Shown piece by piece: positions 36,600-50,675 of a DNA stretch of 64,000 nt. The position numbers and the translations under genes are program-made. Each line of letters opens with the position of its first letter. Within the stretch, counting starts at the first letter, position 1. This stretch comes from Vitrella brassicaformis CCMP3155 (taxonomy: Eukaryota > Protista > Chromerida), in NCBI GenBank assembly GCA_001179505.1, contig CDMY01000266.1, positions 78,313 through 142,312 on the forward strand. Reading direction: 5' to 3'. The notes beneath the pieces were generated by a model, which was not told the DNA's origin, made no database searches, and saw only the letters and a list, made by a program, of their open reading frames with translations.

Positions 36600-39500
36600 T
36601 CATATCTCAGCCAGCGAGCTGCGTATCTCCACATAAGCGTTCTGCGACTGCCTCCGCAGCTCGCTCTGCGACAGACGCGCAGCGGGCCGAGGCTCGTCAC
36701 CCACGAGAGACCTGGGCGAGTCCTCATCCATGTCGGTCAGGTTGTCCCCGACCTTGCCCTCCTCGTGCTGTCTCTGGTCGCCTTCATGGGTGGTCTCGGT
36801 CAACTGGTTCTTGCCTCTTCGTCTCCTTCTTTGTCTGATGGCGAATGGGAACTCCACTAGCGAGGGGACGAGCAGGATGATGGGATCCAGCATGGGGGTG
36901 TATTTGGTGAAGATCAGGATGGCCGTCACGCCGAGGATCTGCAGGCCCGGGATGATCAGCAGCCTGCGCATTTGAAGGCGGACACACACGAGAAGGGTGA
37001 GACTCGTGTCTCGGGTGAGCCATTTTGCTGAGTGTTTGCGGCCGCCTGACCTGTATGAAAGTCCGAGTGACGACGCCCAGATCCACTTGCCCACCAACGT
37101 GGGCTTCTCGCCCTGCAAACATTCATCCATCCATGCAGTCCCATTGTGTCTCTCTGTTTTTGTGTGTGTCTCCTGCATGTATGCTGACCATAACAAAGAT
37201 GAGCAGCCAGGTGACGGCCCCGAGGTTGGACAGCGTCCAGGTCACCCACCCCGCGATATCCATGGCGTCCCACGCCTGCATCTGGAACTTCTTTTCACCG
37301 GGCAGCAGGTCGTCCTCTATCACAAACTTGGTGAAGAGCGCGTACAGAACCACCGGAAAAATGAGTGACAGCACGAGGGCCCACAGGCTGACGAACACCG
37401 ACGGGAGCCCCGGCATGTATGGAATGGAGGGGGACGAGCAGAGGTCGGTCAGGTGGGCTAGGGGGGAGAATACGTCGTCGACATGGGCTGCGAGGGCACA
37501 CTTGTGGTGGAAGAAGAGGGACGCATACAGGAGGATGCCGATCAGGGAGGCCTCCAGCACGGCGAACCGCTGCGAACGGGTGATGAAGGGATTGTATGCC
37601 AGCCTTCAATGGAGGAATGCAAGGGACAGCAGCGGCATTGTCCGTGTCTCCCTTCCTCACTCTGTGTGTCTCAAGGGTGCTTACACTTTCAGCAGTGGGT
37701 GGTCTCGTCTCACAACACGGCTGAAGATCCTCATGTTGGGCCACCGCTGGTACTTCAGCCGGCCCGCAATCGCCTTGGCCTGACCATATCAATGGGGACA
37801 TTACTGAGCGTTCATTCAGCGTGTCCGCCTGACTCTTCAACCTGCATGGTCTGCGCCACGAATGTGTCGCTTCTCGGCGGTCCGTCTGTGGTGGATGTGG
37901 CTGATCGCTGTGTGATGTCTCCCGTGTTGGTGGAATCCATCTCCATCGTGGCCAGCCGGGGCACGTCCTTGTCGTCCGTGAGAGCCTGCTCGATCGCCTT
38001 CTTCAGATGGCCAACCACACGAGCGAAGCCATCGGCAGAGAGGCCATCCAGGAATGTTATCTGACAGACAGAGACACGGGTGTCAGATGCGTGAGAGAGT
38101 GTGTGAGGTGAAACAGGGCTGGACTCACTTTCACGTCGTCGCCGTCTTTGAATTTGAGATACACCGACGACAGGCCGCTGCTCTCGCCCTTCTCGATGCG
38201 CACGTCCTCGACATCTTCCAGGAAGTGGCCGTGGATAAGGCGCTTGCCTGCATCCTCCTCAGCCGTCGGCTCTTCGCCAGGGACCATCTCTGAGACATCC
38301 ACCTTCTCGGTGTTCAACACCTGCGCGCAAACGCAACATCATGCTTCCGTCCCTATGAGTGCGTGCGGTGTGTGCGTGTGTGTGTGTGTGTGTGCGTCTC
38401 AGCAGTGTCTCAGCACGCACCAGCCCGTCGTGGGTCCACCAGAGGTGTGCTGGCTTGTTGTTGACCAGACCTGAAGGCAGCAGGAAGGATATCGGTGCAG
38501 GAGCGTGTAGGCATGATCGCTTACAGAAGCATGCTGAGCTCGGGATCGGCCCCTCATAAGTGAACCAGCTGGTCTGCTGCTCTGGCGGCCTCTCCTTCTC
38601 ATTCCCCCCACTCTCGGCCAGCAGCTGCTTCCACACCTTCATCGCACTCTTGCGCGCCGTCTTGGCCGAGTACAGGAAGCGTTCCAGCACTGTCATGCCG
38701 CTGGGAACGGTCTGCACGTGCTCGTCCTTCTTGACGTGAGGTGGGGCTAGGTCGAAAAAGTCATATAATTTCGGCCAGATGGGGATCTTGGACGACTTGC
38801 GTCTTCCGGCGTCTGTCTCTGCGTTGTCCTCTGTGTCTGTGGGCTGGGCCTGCTGAGCGAGGAAGTCCAGGTTCTGCTCCATGTTGGTGGGTCTCAGCTT
38901 CAGCAGCAGTGTGCGCTTCTGGGTGACTTCGTCTCTTCCGTAGATGGCCAGAACGGGCGGTGCGGACATCTTCCGTGATGGCGGCCCCACCGCCTCCTCG
39001 TCTTTGTCTTCGTTGCCCTCAGTGATGCCCCCGATCTGCTCCTGCAGGATCATGTCGATGGTGTCGATGTCGATCACTTTCAGGGGCCCGCTCCAGTCCA
39101 CCCAGCCACGCCACTGATAGAGACACATCCAACCGTCGGCGTCTCTCGTGTACGTAGTCATGTATGTATCTGTGTGTGCAAGGCCGACCTTTCTCTCTCT
39201 GAAGTGTGATGCGGGGTGCAGGCAGAGGTCGCGGCCACTTGCCGACACCCACATGTAGAAGGCCTCCGACCGCTGAAACTCCGCCAGTGAGTCGACCGGG
39301 ATCTCACTCGCGTCCGACTCACGCACGTGGCGAGCAGCGATTGCCCGGAGGTCGACGTCTTTCAGATCTTCCTCCAGGCCTTCAATCACCTCTACGCTCA
39401 CAGCCGCCGGGGGCGGGATGGATGTCTCCTCCTCGATGAGCTTCTGTAGCCTTACGTGCTCCTTCTCCTGTGCATTCTCCGTCTGGCTCTGCTCCCGTCT

Positions 39501-42500
39501 CTGGTAGTCGGTCTTGGCTAGGTCGATCTGGGCCTGTGTGAGGAGCATGTCGAGCTGTTCGAGACGCTCCTGCTCTTTCTGCTGCTTCGTCATGAGGAAC
39601 CTTTGCCGTCTCGTGCCGTCGTGCACCCGCTGCAGCCGATTCGTGATCTTGCCATACTTCTGCATCTCGATCTCTTTCAGGACTATCAGCTGAAATGGCG
39701 TCACCGAGAGATCGCCGTCTTTGTCCTCCAGCGAGACGGCAGACGACATTCGGCTGTCGGTCACGCGAAGCTTCTCGCGCGCCTTTCTGTCGCGGCACGC
39801 ACGGACGGCTGCGAGCGATGAGGCCAGTTGCTTCTGCATGTTGGTGAAGCGGTGCATGAAGACGCTCTTCTTGCTCCGAGGGAAGCGGTGCAGCGTCACA
39901 CCCCCCTCGGTCTTCTGGTCGCCGTCTTCCTGTATGGGTTCGAGAGCGCTTCTGGTGTCGTCGAAGCTCAACATCGAACGCATTCTTTCCGTCTCCTCTG
40001 TCTGCCACCGCTGCATGCTCGGTTTCATCGACGCAGACCGCGCCACAGTCATTGTCAGGTCCTGGTCGATGAGCGAGGCCACATCGGCCTCATGGTGGGC
40101 CAGCAGCAGCCGATCGTCGCCGCGCTTATCCGGAGAGATGTCATCATCCCACATATCCCACTGCCACGAGGCGTTTTCGTAGTCGTCCTCGAGAGGATCC
40201 ATGTGTTTGGGATGGCGGTAGTCGAAGACAGGCATCTCCTTGGTAAGCTGCTGGCCCTCCATGGCCTGTGTGGGCGACTGGGCGATCTCTTTGCGCTGTG
40301 CGTGTCGGCATCCCCTGGCCAGCCACTTGAGCAGACTCCAGAGGAGGAAGAGAGGCAGCAAGGGGAACAGAATTGCTCGACGACGGCTCAGGTAGATCGG
40401 ACCGAGAGACACACAGCCCTGTTGGCGAGAGACACGAGACGAGATGTCTCACTGGTTGTGGCTCCGACATGCACCATGGTTACCAGAAGTCTCATGAAGG
40501 GTATGCATATGCATATCGGAACGTCGTAGTTGTTCCTCTCCCATCTGTCCCTGAAGAAGAATTTAAGCCTGTCTTCCACGGGGACCCAATCGAGCCGATC
40601 CTGCACACACAGATGAGGCACCACATGTACATGGGCTGCTCTGCTGGTTGGAATCTCGGCTCGGCTCACCCGCAGCCACAGTGAGAGCACAGGGAACTTG
40701 AACAGAAGCGTCGCCGCGATGGCGTACCAGAAGCCCACGTTTCCTTCCGACACACACCGAGGAAGACATCATCACATACAATGTGAGTTGGTGAGCTTTG
40801 ATTACGACTCACCGGCCAGGAGCATATTGAGCAGCACAGTCGTGTCCAACAGTGGTGTCTCCTCCTCCGCTTTGTCCTCGGTCGGCCGCCCCAGCAGCTC
40901 TATCGCCGCAGCGAAGGACGACAGATGTGTGCACGCACACTGGATGGCGTGCGGCGTCACAGTCACCTCACATCCAGCGTCCACAAACGAGTCCGACACC
41001 TCGTCGAAGTACATACAGTAGGCTCTGCTGTGCTCGAGATCTGACGGCTTCAGGGCCATGGAAGAGGGCCAGAGAGGGAAAGACATCAGCACAGGCGCGT
41101 CGGATGTCAGGTTGACGCTGGGCAGCCGAACACCGTCGATGAAAATGTCGACAATAACAATCTCATTCAGCACGAAGTCGGCTGGGTTGTCTTTGACCAA
41201 GAGTGGGTTCGCAGGAATGGTGACCACGGTGGCGTGCATGTTGTGGGGGATTTGGGAACAGTTCCATGCAGGTAGCAGGGCGAGACATGCCGTCGTCAGA
41301 GTTGGGATGGAGAGAGGTGAGATCAGCACACGACCCTGGCAGCACAGAGAGATCCATGACAGGCACAGCGGCTCAGTGCGCCTCCCTGCCTTGTTTGTGT
41401 ACTCACCCTATTGATGCCATTCCTGACGTCGACGTCGGTGATTAGCCTCATGTAGAGCGAGAACTCCCCTGTCCTGTGCCAAAGAGGGATGGAGTGCTCA
41501 TACGCGTATGTCGTGATGTTCCTGTAGGCCGAGTCCTGCAATCACACAGCGAGCACCTCCATAAATGCACAGACAACGAAACTGGGCTCTCTCACCATCA
41601 GAGACATGGCGTCCATTGCCACAGCGCGTGTTGCGTCGTCAACCAGGGAGTCACCAGACCGCTGATCAGAGGGGAAGATCTCGCCCGTGAGTGCCGACAT
41701 GCAGGCGGGAAGGTTCCTAAGCAGAAGTGCCGCATTCTGCCGGGTCGTGGGCTCAATCAGTTCCGTCAGTTTCGCCAGATAGTGGATGCGTGCTGTGTGC
41801 ATTAGGGCTTCTCCCGCCAGATTGGCGAGCCTCTCGGCAGCCTCGCCAATCAAAATCTCATCTTCGTCCCTGTTGGCTGGGAGGGGGTCCTTTGATATGC
41901 CTGTCAACAGCCCCAGCATCTCGTCCAGGAGAGTGGCAACTCTATTTCTCTGGAAAATGACAATCGAGGGATGCTTGATGAGCGTCTCACACGAAGCGAT
42001 CACTGCCGAGGCGATTTCTGCCGAGTCATCCGTCTTTTTCATCTCGTCTATCAACTCTTCGATGTCCTCCAGCGTGACATTGCGGTCAGCCAACGTCACC
42101 GCTGCAGAGGGGCAAAGAGAGGGGTTATGGGCATCCCAGCGTGGGTCACACATGGCCACTATCCGCCAGTCGAGTCCGTCTGTCTCTTCACACTCGAGAA
42201 AGCAAGTCGACCCGAGCGAGTCAGTGAGCTTGGAGATGATGTGGTAGTCGCCTGCTTGGAGGTGCACGCGGAGAGACGGCTCGAGGCGGTTGAAGGACAG
42301 GGTCTGTATCTTGCTGTCCCCTGTGATGGGGTAGGTGTCGGTAAGGTAGAGGCTGTATGTGGAAGCACCGCTGACAGCTGCGGCGGGGTCGACCTCCCAC
42401 CCATACTGATGGATCAGCGCTGACGACGTGGTATCTGATGTCTCCACATGCAACGAGCCCGCCAGCGGGAAGAGGGCGGCTCGGATGCTGGTGCTCCACT

Positions 42501-45500
42501 CGATGGTCTCAGGCTGGGCGACCTGGTTGATGAAGTTAATACGAGACAGCTTCACCTCATAGATTCAGGAGGGATAGAGGTAGCCGGCAGGAATGACGCC
42601 AGTGACAATGGTGTGCTCGGCCGCTGATGACGCCTGCTCATATGACATGGTTGAAGGCTGTGCCTCAATCAACAGCCCTTCAGATGGGAAAGCCTCGACT
42701 TGTGTACGCTTGTAGGTTGTCACTGGGGTGAGTTTCCATGCCAGTGCCATGTCTCCCCTCACTTGCAGCGGAACAGATATCACCGATCCGTTGAGCACCA
42801 CATCTGCGTGGGGGGACACCGGTCTCTCGATGCTCCGGTCCAGTTGCCGGAAAGACGTTCAAAGCCGGACCGCGACACGTGCTGCTGCACCGTCACCGCC
42901 CCTCCGGCCACAGCGCCCTCCCCCATCGGCTGACTGGCCTCGACGGCAAAAACATAAAGACCCTCCCGCATACCCGCGGTGTCGAGGGAGAAGGACGCCT
43001 CTGTGTCGTTGACAGACATGAGGTCCCTCCTGAAGGCGGCCATGTCGTCGCTCGGCAAGCTGATGTGGTCAATGCAGTCGTGTAGCGGCGCGTCCTGCTT
43101 CAGAGACCGCAGCAGCAGGTCAGGCGCTGAGTGGAAGGGCGTTGACCGCATCGACGACACTGCAAATGGGCGGCTGAGGGGCGTCCACACGCAGAACCAG
43201 TCGACAGTCAGCGGCTCGCCGATGTGTTGGCTGGGGTGGGTGATGTCCATCACCAGCGTGACACTGCTCGATGGCGATGGGCGTGCCTGCAGGCGCAGCT
43301 GCAGATGGGGGGCGGGATACCTGTCCATCTTGATCTCAAAGGCGGTCCGACGGGTGCAGTTTGATGAAGATATGTTGGCGTACACGTCAAACACCTGACC
43401 GATGTAGTTGTCGCGGTTGCCGAAGACACCGTTCGTGTCGACTCGCAGCGCAAATTTGTCCCGAGACATGTCTTTGGCCGTCAAGTCGATCACCGACTGC
43501 GCAGTGCGTGCGTATGCTGTCCAAGTCACTTTGGCATTCTCATGGTTTGACGACTGGCCAGGAAACGCCCGCAACACCATCTGGCCTGTCGGCGAGAATG
43601 ACATTGTGCTGTGTGTTGTCCTGACGGAAGGCGCGGCATCGGCGTGGCAGCACTTGTCCTTCATCAGCACCACGGACACTTTGGTGCTCGCCGAGACACC
43701 GAGGTAGTTTGCTGCCGATATCGTCATCACCAGCAGGCTGTCGTCAAGGCTGTTCTCCACCTCATGTATCTTCCGCAAAAGGCATTGGAAATCTCCAGTG
43801 TGGTGAATGGGTCCCGCCAGCCTACACACAAGGATACACACTGCATACGGGACGCTGTGCTTGGCTTCCGCTTACCGGACGCCTGGCTGAGGGCGTCTGC
43901 CATCTCGATAGGCAAAGAGCCGCCACTTTCGACACCGAATATGTAGAAGACCTGCCGACCACCGCTCGCACCAGTGTAGATGTCGATGTGCAGGGGGGGA
44001 TCGCCACTGGCCTCAGAGCATAGCGACACGCTGTCAGGCGCCGTCACTCTCAACGTCGGCACGAGTGTGTCCATTGCCGCGCCCACATCAAGTGTCGTCA
44101 TGTCCATGGAGATTAGTGCCGACCTGATGGGCGTGTCGCGGGGCTTGAGTGTGGCGTTTTGTCTTGATATGGCGAGAATGCATCGCTTGTCGGGTGTGGC
44201 CCACACACACAGGGGCTTGCTGCCGAAGACTCCTATGTTCTCGATGGATGAGCACAGCTCGCGGTCGAATGGGGCGGGGAGGATGGCCTCGAAGCACACC
44301 GTGGCTGTTGAAGGCGAATAAGACGTCTCTGCGCTGGTCAGTCGGGGCGTGGGGTAGGTCATGTTGACACTCTCGAGCTTGCAGCGGCTGTCACATCCAT
44401 CCTGAGACATGGAAGAGACACACACATAAGAAACACATGCGATGCGTTTGGGTTTCTCCTCCTCGCGACCACTTACCAGGATGGACTTGCACGAAGGGTC
44501 CGACCGCTGGCTCGATGGAATAGTCTGTGCTGTTTGAGCACGATGCCTTGTGCGTCGCGTCACATAGACAGGCCTTGAAGGTGCCCGCCACTGGCAACTC
44601 CACACTCTCACAGAAGAGCTCTTCTGTATGGCTGCCCTCGCCATTGCACTCGATCGGGTAGCTGGGCGAGCTGCTGGGCAGCTTGTGCAAGGCTGACCCG
44701 CATTCGAACTCCCCGTGGTGTCCGACGCTTGTGCCGATGAGCATGAGCTTGTCTCTGTCAGGGTCGAGGTGGTGGCCCCTGACTGTCAGCTGCAGGGAGC
44801 TGGCCGTGTGCGGGGGGTGTCTCTGCTCCACGTATTCGACCGCAGACACGAACCCCTTCTCTGAGAACACGCATACACCGATGACAGCAGCAATGTACCA
44901 GGACACAGTAAGCTGTCCCTTACTTTGGCTGATGGCGAATGTGAATGTGTTTCCATCTGCCCTTTTCGCGGGGAAGAAGTTGTGTCCCGCGAGGCAGTCG
45001 CCCTCCAGTGTAAGTGACGCATCACATTCGCATAGACACAGCAGAGGAGCTATTCGGTGGACTATGGTCGAACACGTGATGGTGTTGGCGGCCTCGGCGG
45101 GCGTGCAGTACATCGGGAAACCCTTGGACGTGGCACATGACCCGCACCCCGCTATCTTGAGCTGGTCGTGGGTCATCTCGAAGCCGTCCACACTCACGCG
45201 TATGACCTGCTCTTCAGCCTCGTTGAGTGTCGTTGGGGTGAAGGCCGTGACCGACAGGGGATCTGTGTGATCGACCGAGACAGACACATGCCTATGGTCG
45301 GCTCTAGTGCTTCTGGTTTGGAGAGATGGCGCTAGCCTGATGGGTTGACGAGAGGCTGCGGCCCAGGAGTCACGATCTCTTGCATCAGGGCGGAAGGGTC
45401 AGTCAACAACACACTTAGGCTCTGGCATGCGGCAGATGAGGACACCTCTGCACCATTGATCGACAGCTGCCCAGCCAGTGTGGCATCGGGCGTCGCTGCC

Positions 45501-48500
45501 AGGAGAGGGGCGCTGGTGGAGAGTGAGATCCATTCCTCATGGCATAGAGCGACGACATAGCCGTGCTCGTTGGTGAAGCCGAACGGGCCGCACGAGAGCG
45601 TGGTATTGCCTGAGGCAATGCATGGCAGCAGGTAGAACTGGTTGACCACGTTGGTCTCCATCAGCCGCAGCAAGGAGGAAGAGTGCGCCTGTGGCGAGTC
45701 ACTCGCGAGAGGGAACAGCATCAGCTCGTCTCCTGGGCTGAGGCCGCTGCCCGTCAGAGTGACTGACAGCTGCGGAGAACAAGCGACAGATACGTACATG
45801 TCTCTGTGTAGTGTGCTCTGTGTGTGTGACCAATTACTTGGAATCCGACGTGTGGCTTCCGTGAGACATCCACTGACTCGACGGTTGCTTGCACTGCTCA
45901 GCGCACATCGCGTGCAACAAGACAGAGAGGCACATCGATTGACACAAAGGGGTGTCCTGTATGTTACCAATGCATGTCTGGGAGTCCTTGTCAAGTCGGG
46001 CGTTGCTGGCACACCCACATGTGAAGCCACCCAGTGTGTTCTCGCAGGTCCCTTCACAGTTGTGGGTGCCCGATGCACACTCGTCCAAATCTGAACAGGC
46101 GAGACACACTCACCACAACACGCGTGTGTTTTTCCTCTCTCATGGTGACTTACCGTAGAATAGTCCGTGGTACGAGTAAAAGATATTGCCTGAGCCGTAA
46201 GAGTCCTTGACGGTCCCCTCGTTGAGTGTGACGGTCACCCGCCCCTGTGAAGGGACCTGGAGGACTAGGTCCAGATACAGCTGTTGTCGAATAGTGGCTT
46301 CGACCAAGAGGGCATTCGACAGCTGCACACATGCATTCGCATTGATGTGGGAACACACACACACGGTCCCGACCTTACCAATATTCTGTCGGTGTTGATG
46401 TCCCGCACGGCCTCGGAGAAGTGCAGAGTGAGCACATGTCCGTCGCGGCTGATCACAACCGTGTCATTATTGTCGGGGACCAGCACGCGGGGCGGAATGA
46501 TCTCTGCACGACAAATAGAGACAGACCCGATGGATGCTTACATGCATCTGGCCAACACATCAGGTGTCTCCCTGCAGATACCAGTCGTTTGAACCCATTC
46601 CCTGCTAGCTTGGTCTGTGACTGTTCCGCCCTCGTCAATCGCAATACACGAGATCGTGTACATCGTGTTCGACAGAAGCCCGGTAAAGACAAACTCGGCG
46701 GTGAAGTGGTCAAACTCTGACACGGCGGCCCTCTGCTGCATTGGCGAGACACTGGTGGTGGGCGGTTCGTTGACGAGATCGAAGTCCTGTGGAGTATGTG
46801 TGGCTGTGTCGCTGGGTGTGAGCGGCTGGCAGAAGATCTCGGACGTCTCGCTCACTGTCACGGTGACGGTGATGGTCTCCTCAGTCACCACAATGGTCGA
46901 CGAGTCAAGCATTACAGAGGGAGCCGTGATGTCTGCAAACACAAGCAACCAAGAGACACACGACACACGCAAGATGCTGCTCCCTTTTTCGTCTGTCCTG
47001 CCTGCAGGTCTTCCCCCACCGTATGGGATCTCAAACGCCGCTATTCTGTGGTTCTTGTTGCCGGCCATGTCGGTGATGCTGCCTACCGGCACCGTGACCT
47101 CCACCATGCCCTCGCTGATGGCCTTCACTTGCAGGATCTTGGCATTGTCCTGGGAGGGATTGTCGCTCATCGACACTATCCTGGCGTTGGAGAGGCTGAA
47201 GACTTCCTCTGTAAAGGGCTGCACTGGCTCTGACAAGACCATGTCGATGTTGAAGGCCCTGTTTCGTGTGCGGGGGGCAGCGGACGAATACATAGTGATC
47301 TCAGGCGGGATGGGATCTGTCAAAAGGACGTGGTGACCGCATCCGTCCATCCGTGTGCGTCTCTCACTCACCGTAGAGGACCGTGATGGTGTTTGACGCG
47401 AGATTTGTAAGCCCGTCTGTGTCTTGGACTGCCCCAGCATCCAGCTGCGCCTGCACTGTGCCACCGTCAGTCTTGTCAACGGGCACCCGCAGCGCAGCCG
47501 TGTATGACGTGGGGCTGTTGCGGTCAAGCCTGGTCGCCGTCGTGGGCATGCTGTCGATGAGAAAGTGGTCAGAGAAGTCTGTGGCCGTGATGGGGTTGCT
47601 GAAGGTGATATAAATGTCGAATGTGGCCGTGTTGAAGGGGCTGGACGCAGACAGGGTCGGCCTGGTGATCCACTCGATAGCTTGCGGCGCCTTAAGGTAG
47701 TCTGCAGTGCACACATTCCCACAAGTACAAAGATCACTGGGTTTCACTGAGAGTGTGCTTGACCGAATGTGACGACGAGCGGGAGGGAGGCCTCGTTTGG
47801 CTGATTGTACACATCCACCGCCAGCCCCTCCTTCGCAACTATCGTGATGGTCTCCTGGAGCGGCGCCACGTCAAACTCATACGAATTGTCAGTAACACTT
47901 CTCAGCCCGGCGCTCACAATCTCCCCATTGGCAACCTCCAGTGCGGCCAGGCTGGTGACGGTCACCCTTTTGCTGAAGCTTATTTCCACAGTGAATGGCG
48001 ATGCTGTGGTGAGATTGCTGCCGCTGGCCATGTACACCACTGCTGTCGGCGCGTCACTCTCTGCACACAGCGCGCGCACACAAGCGAGACACGAAGGAGA
48101 TACACTGACTGGGCTGTGTGCGCTCGTTCTTCATCGACCGATTCTCACTGTATTCGAGGTGCAGGTGGGCCGCTTCATTGCCTCGATAGGGCACAGCGCT
48201 ATCAAAGACACTGAGGGCGGGAAGGCTGACAGAGATGTTGCCCTCTACAGTCGGGGAGAGGTCCAGCATGGCCTTGCTGATGGCGCCACCACTCGACGGC
48301 TCTGTCCTAAGGTTGGATGTCACCACAGACCCGGTGAGGGAGCTGTCGTGAGGCACCACAGTGAAGACGAGATCGCTGACACTGAAGTCGGTCACTCGCT
48401 TGTCGAAGGTAAGCGTCAGCTGGATGGGCAGCGACCGCCATAGCGTCTGGGAGCTCGACAATACGACGCCCAGGGGCCGCACTGAAGACACACAGACACG

Positions 48501-50546
48501 GCCCGCCACCTATTCTGAAATGTATGGCTGAGTGGTTAGCTCACCGTATGTGATGATGAATTCTCTTTCCGGGTTTGGTGTGGCCCTCTCGTCCTCCACA
48601 ATGCCAGACGGCAGGGTCACGGTCACCGTCGTCGTGTTGTCGTCGCCAGTGGGCTCGTCCGGCACGATTGTCACCTCATATGTGGCCGGGCCGGTCGGGC
48701 GGATCTCAGTCACCGTGCCGTTGGTGATGTTGACGTCTTTCGGTGTGACCTCTCCACCCCCGCCCGTCGCCCCTGGCCCGGGCCTGACTGTCTCGCCAAA
48801 GTCAATCTCTATCACGATGGGCACGTCATGATAATGCTCAAAAGGGTCGACCAGAGACGGACCAGGCAGACCTGAACGGACGCGGGCGACGTTTTGTTGA
48901 CTATAATTGCGTGGCTTGTGCCCACCTACCGTAATCAAGGGTCATTGAGGCGACGTAGTTGCCTCGATAGGGTACGGATGCATCAGTGACGGCGTAGTAG
49001 GGCACGGCCAATGCAATACGGGCACTGGCTGTCGGCATCACCTCCATCGTGACCCTCCTCACAGGTCCTGTCTCGGGGTCAGTAAAGACCTTCGTCTGTC
49101 TCCACGATTCGAGCGTCACTCCAGTGTTGGCGAGGGATCGATTGTACGGCACCATCCGCATATAGATATCGTCTTTGGGTCGATCCCTGTTGAAGACTAC
49201 CGGGGTGTCGAAAGTGATCTCCACCTCGACTGGCGGGGAGTGCCAGCTCCGCTTGGAGGATGTCAGATTGACAAGGATGGGATGTACTGCACACGCACAC
49301 AAACGACAAAGGACGTCGACACGAAGAGGTGAGGAGTGAATATCTGCTGCTCACCGTAGAATGGAAGAGTGAAGTTCATGACAGGGTTGGGCTGCCCCAG
49401 CACGTCTTGCATCACACCTTCCGGAACCGTCAGCGTGATATATGTCTTGTTATCGAGGCTCAGTGACGCATTTGGAGGCACAATGCTGACATTGTATGCC
49501 GAATCGCTTCCATCCACCAGCCTGACATCAAGGACCGTCCCGTTCTGAGCCCACATATCGGTGAAGTCGAGCTCTCGCCCATCGACCGCCGGGCCAGGCA
49601 CCACAGACTCGCCAAAGTCGATTGTCGCCACAACGGGTACGTCCTGATACAGCTCGGGAGAATTGACAATGGTCGGTACGGGAAGACCAGTCTTGGGAAA
49701 GCACTCCCTGTCCGTTGCGGCCTCGTCATAAGAATCCATAAGCGAGTAGAAGATTTTGCATCCTGGTTCGGCGGGGTGCAGAGTGATCTCAATGCCCGTG
49801 CACTGCCGGTCGTGGAAGCAGTGGATGGAGCAGTCACGCCGGCGGTATAGATTGCTGAGGTCCGCAATGTCGCTCGGAGGGCTGATGGGCATAAGCTTGT
49901 ACGCACCTGATTGCTGCCCCTCGCCGCAAGTGCTGCAGCGGCACGCACCGGGCTTGCTGGGGCCTGTCAGTGTGCACACAAAACAAACAATGGGGACTCC
50001 AGAATAGGGTTTTGTCATTTCGCTGACCTCCATCCATCTGACTGTCTTTCCGCAGGATGCACTCCGCTTCCCCCGAGCTGCTGTTGGCGGCCCGCGGCAG
50101 GCTTTTCGGGCCGTAGTGCACCTCGCAGCGCCTCTCCAGCCCCAGGGCAACCTCGTACATGGAGCAGATCGGGTGTGCCAGGCACAGCCTGGCGCACTCC
50201 TGTCGCCGCGCAGCGAGGTCATTGAGGGGGATGGATTGGTTGAGAAAGATGTCGCTTGAGTAGGTGAAGTGATAGCCACTGGGTGGGCAGTCGCCGTCGC
50301 AGATACAAGGACCGCTGGAGGGGGACTCTGCAAATGGAGCCAACAAATTGGCAAAGAATTCACACGTAAGTGAACAGACCGCCGTGGACACTTACCGTAT
50401 ACGGTGTTGTACTTGGCGACGACGGGATTGCCTGCAACCAAGGATGCCATCACCGTCCAGCAGACACGTATTCGCCATGGATTTCGCTCCCAGCACACAC
50501 CTGCAGTGCCGATGGCAGCCGCCAGCGCGGCTATGACCCCAAGCAT
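36600..50546 (-). CDS. Giant polycystin-1/REJ-like adhesion receptor: signal peptide, 2 PAN/apple, about 8 bacterial-type Ig repeats, FN3-like, EGF, REJ-like, GPS, multi-TM
   Basis: [15 protein letters not shown] (PAN); Ig repeats of the type IxFxExV…VTLPxGxVxD…N; [29 protein letters not shown] (cbEGF); [18 protein letters not shown]…CACTHLSSF (GPS); TM helices; large cytoplasmic insert; HPLLK…[26 protein letters not shown] plus further TM helices; stop 36600-36602. Confidence 0.8.
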
Positions 50547-50675
50547 GAGGAAGGGCGGTGAGGAAGCCGTTGAGGGGAAGGGCGCTAGCCCCAGGGGGCG
50601 GGGAGAAGGGAGGGGCCCGCGAGCTGGCAGTGTGGGGCCCGCCGTGGGGCCTGGTAGGCTGGTCCTCCCCGCTCC

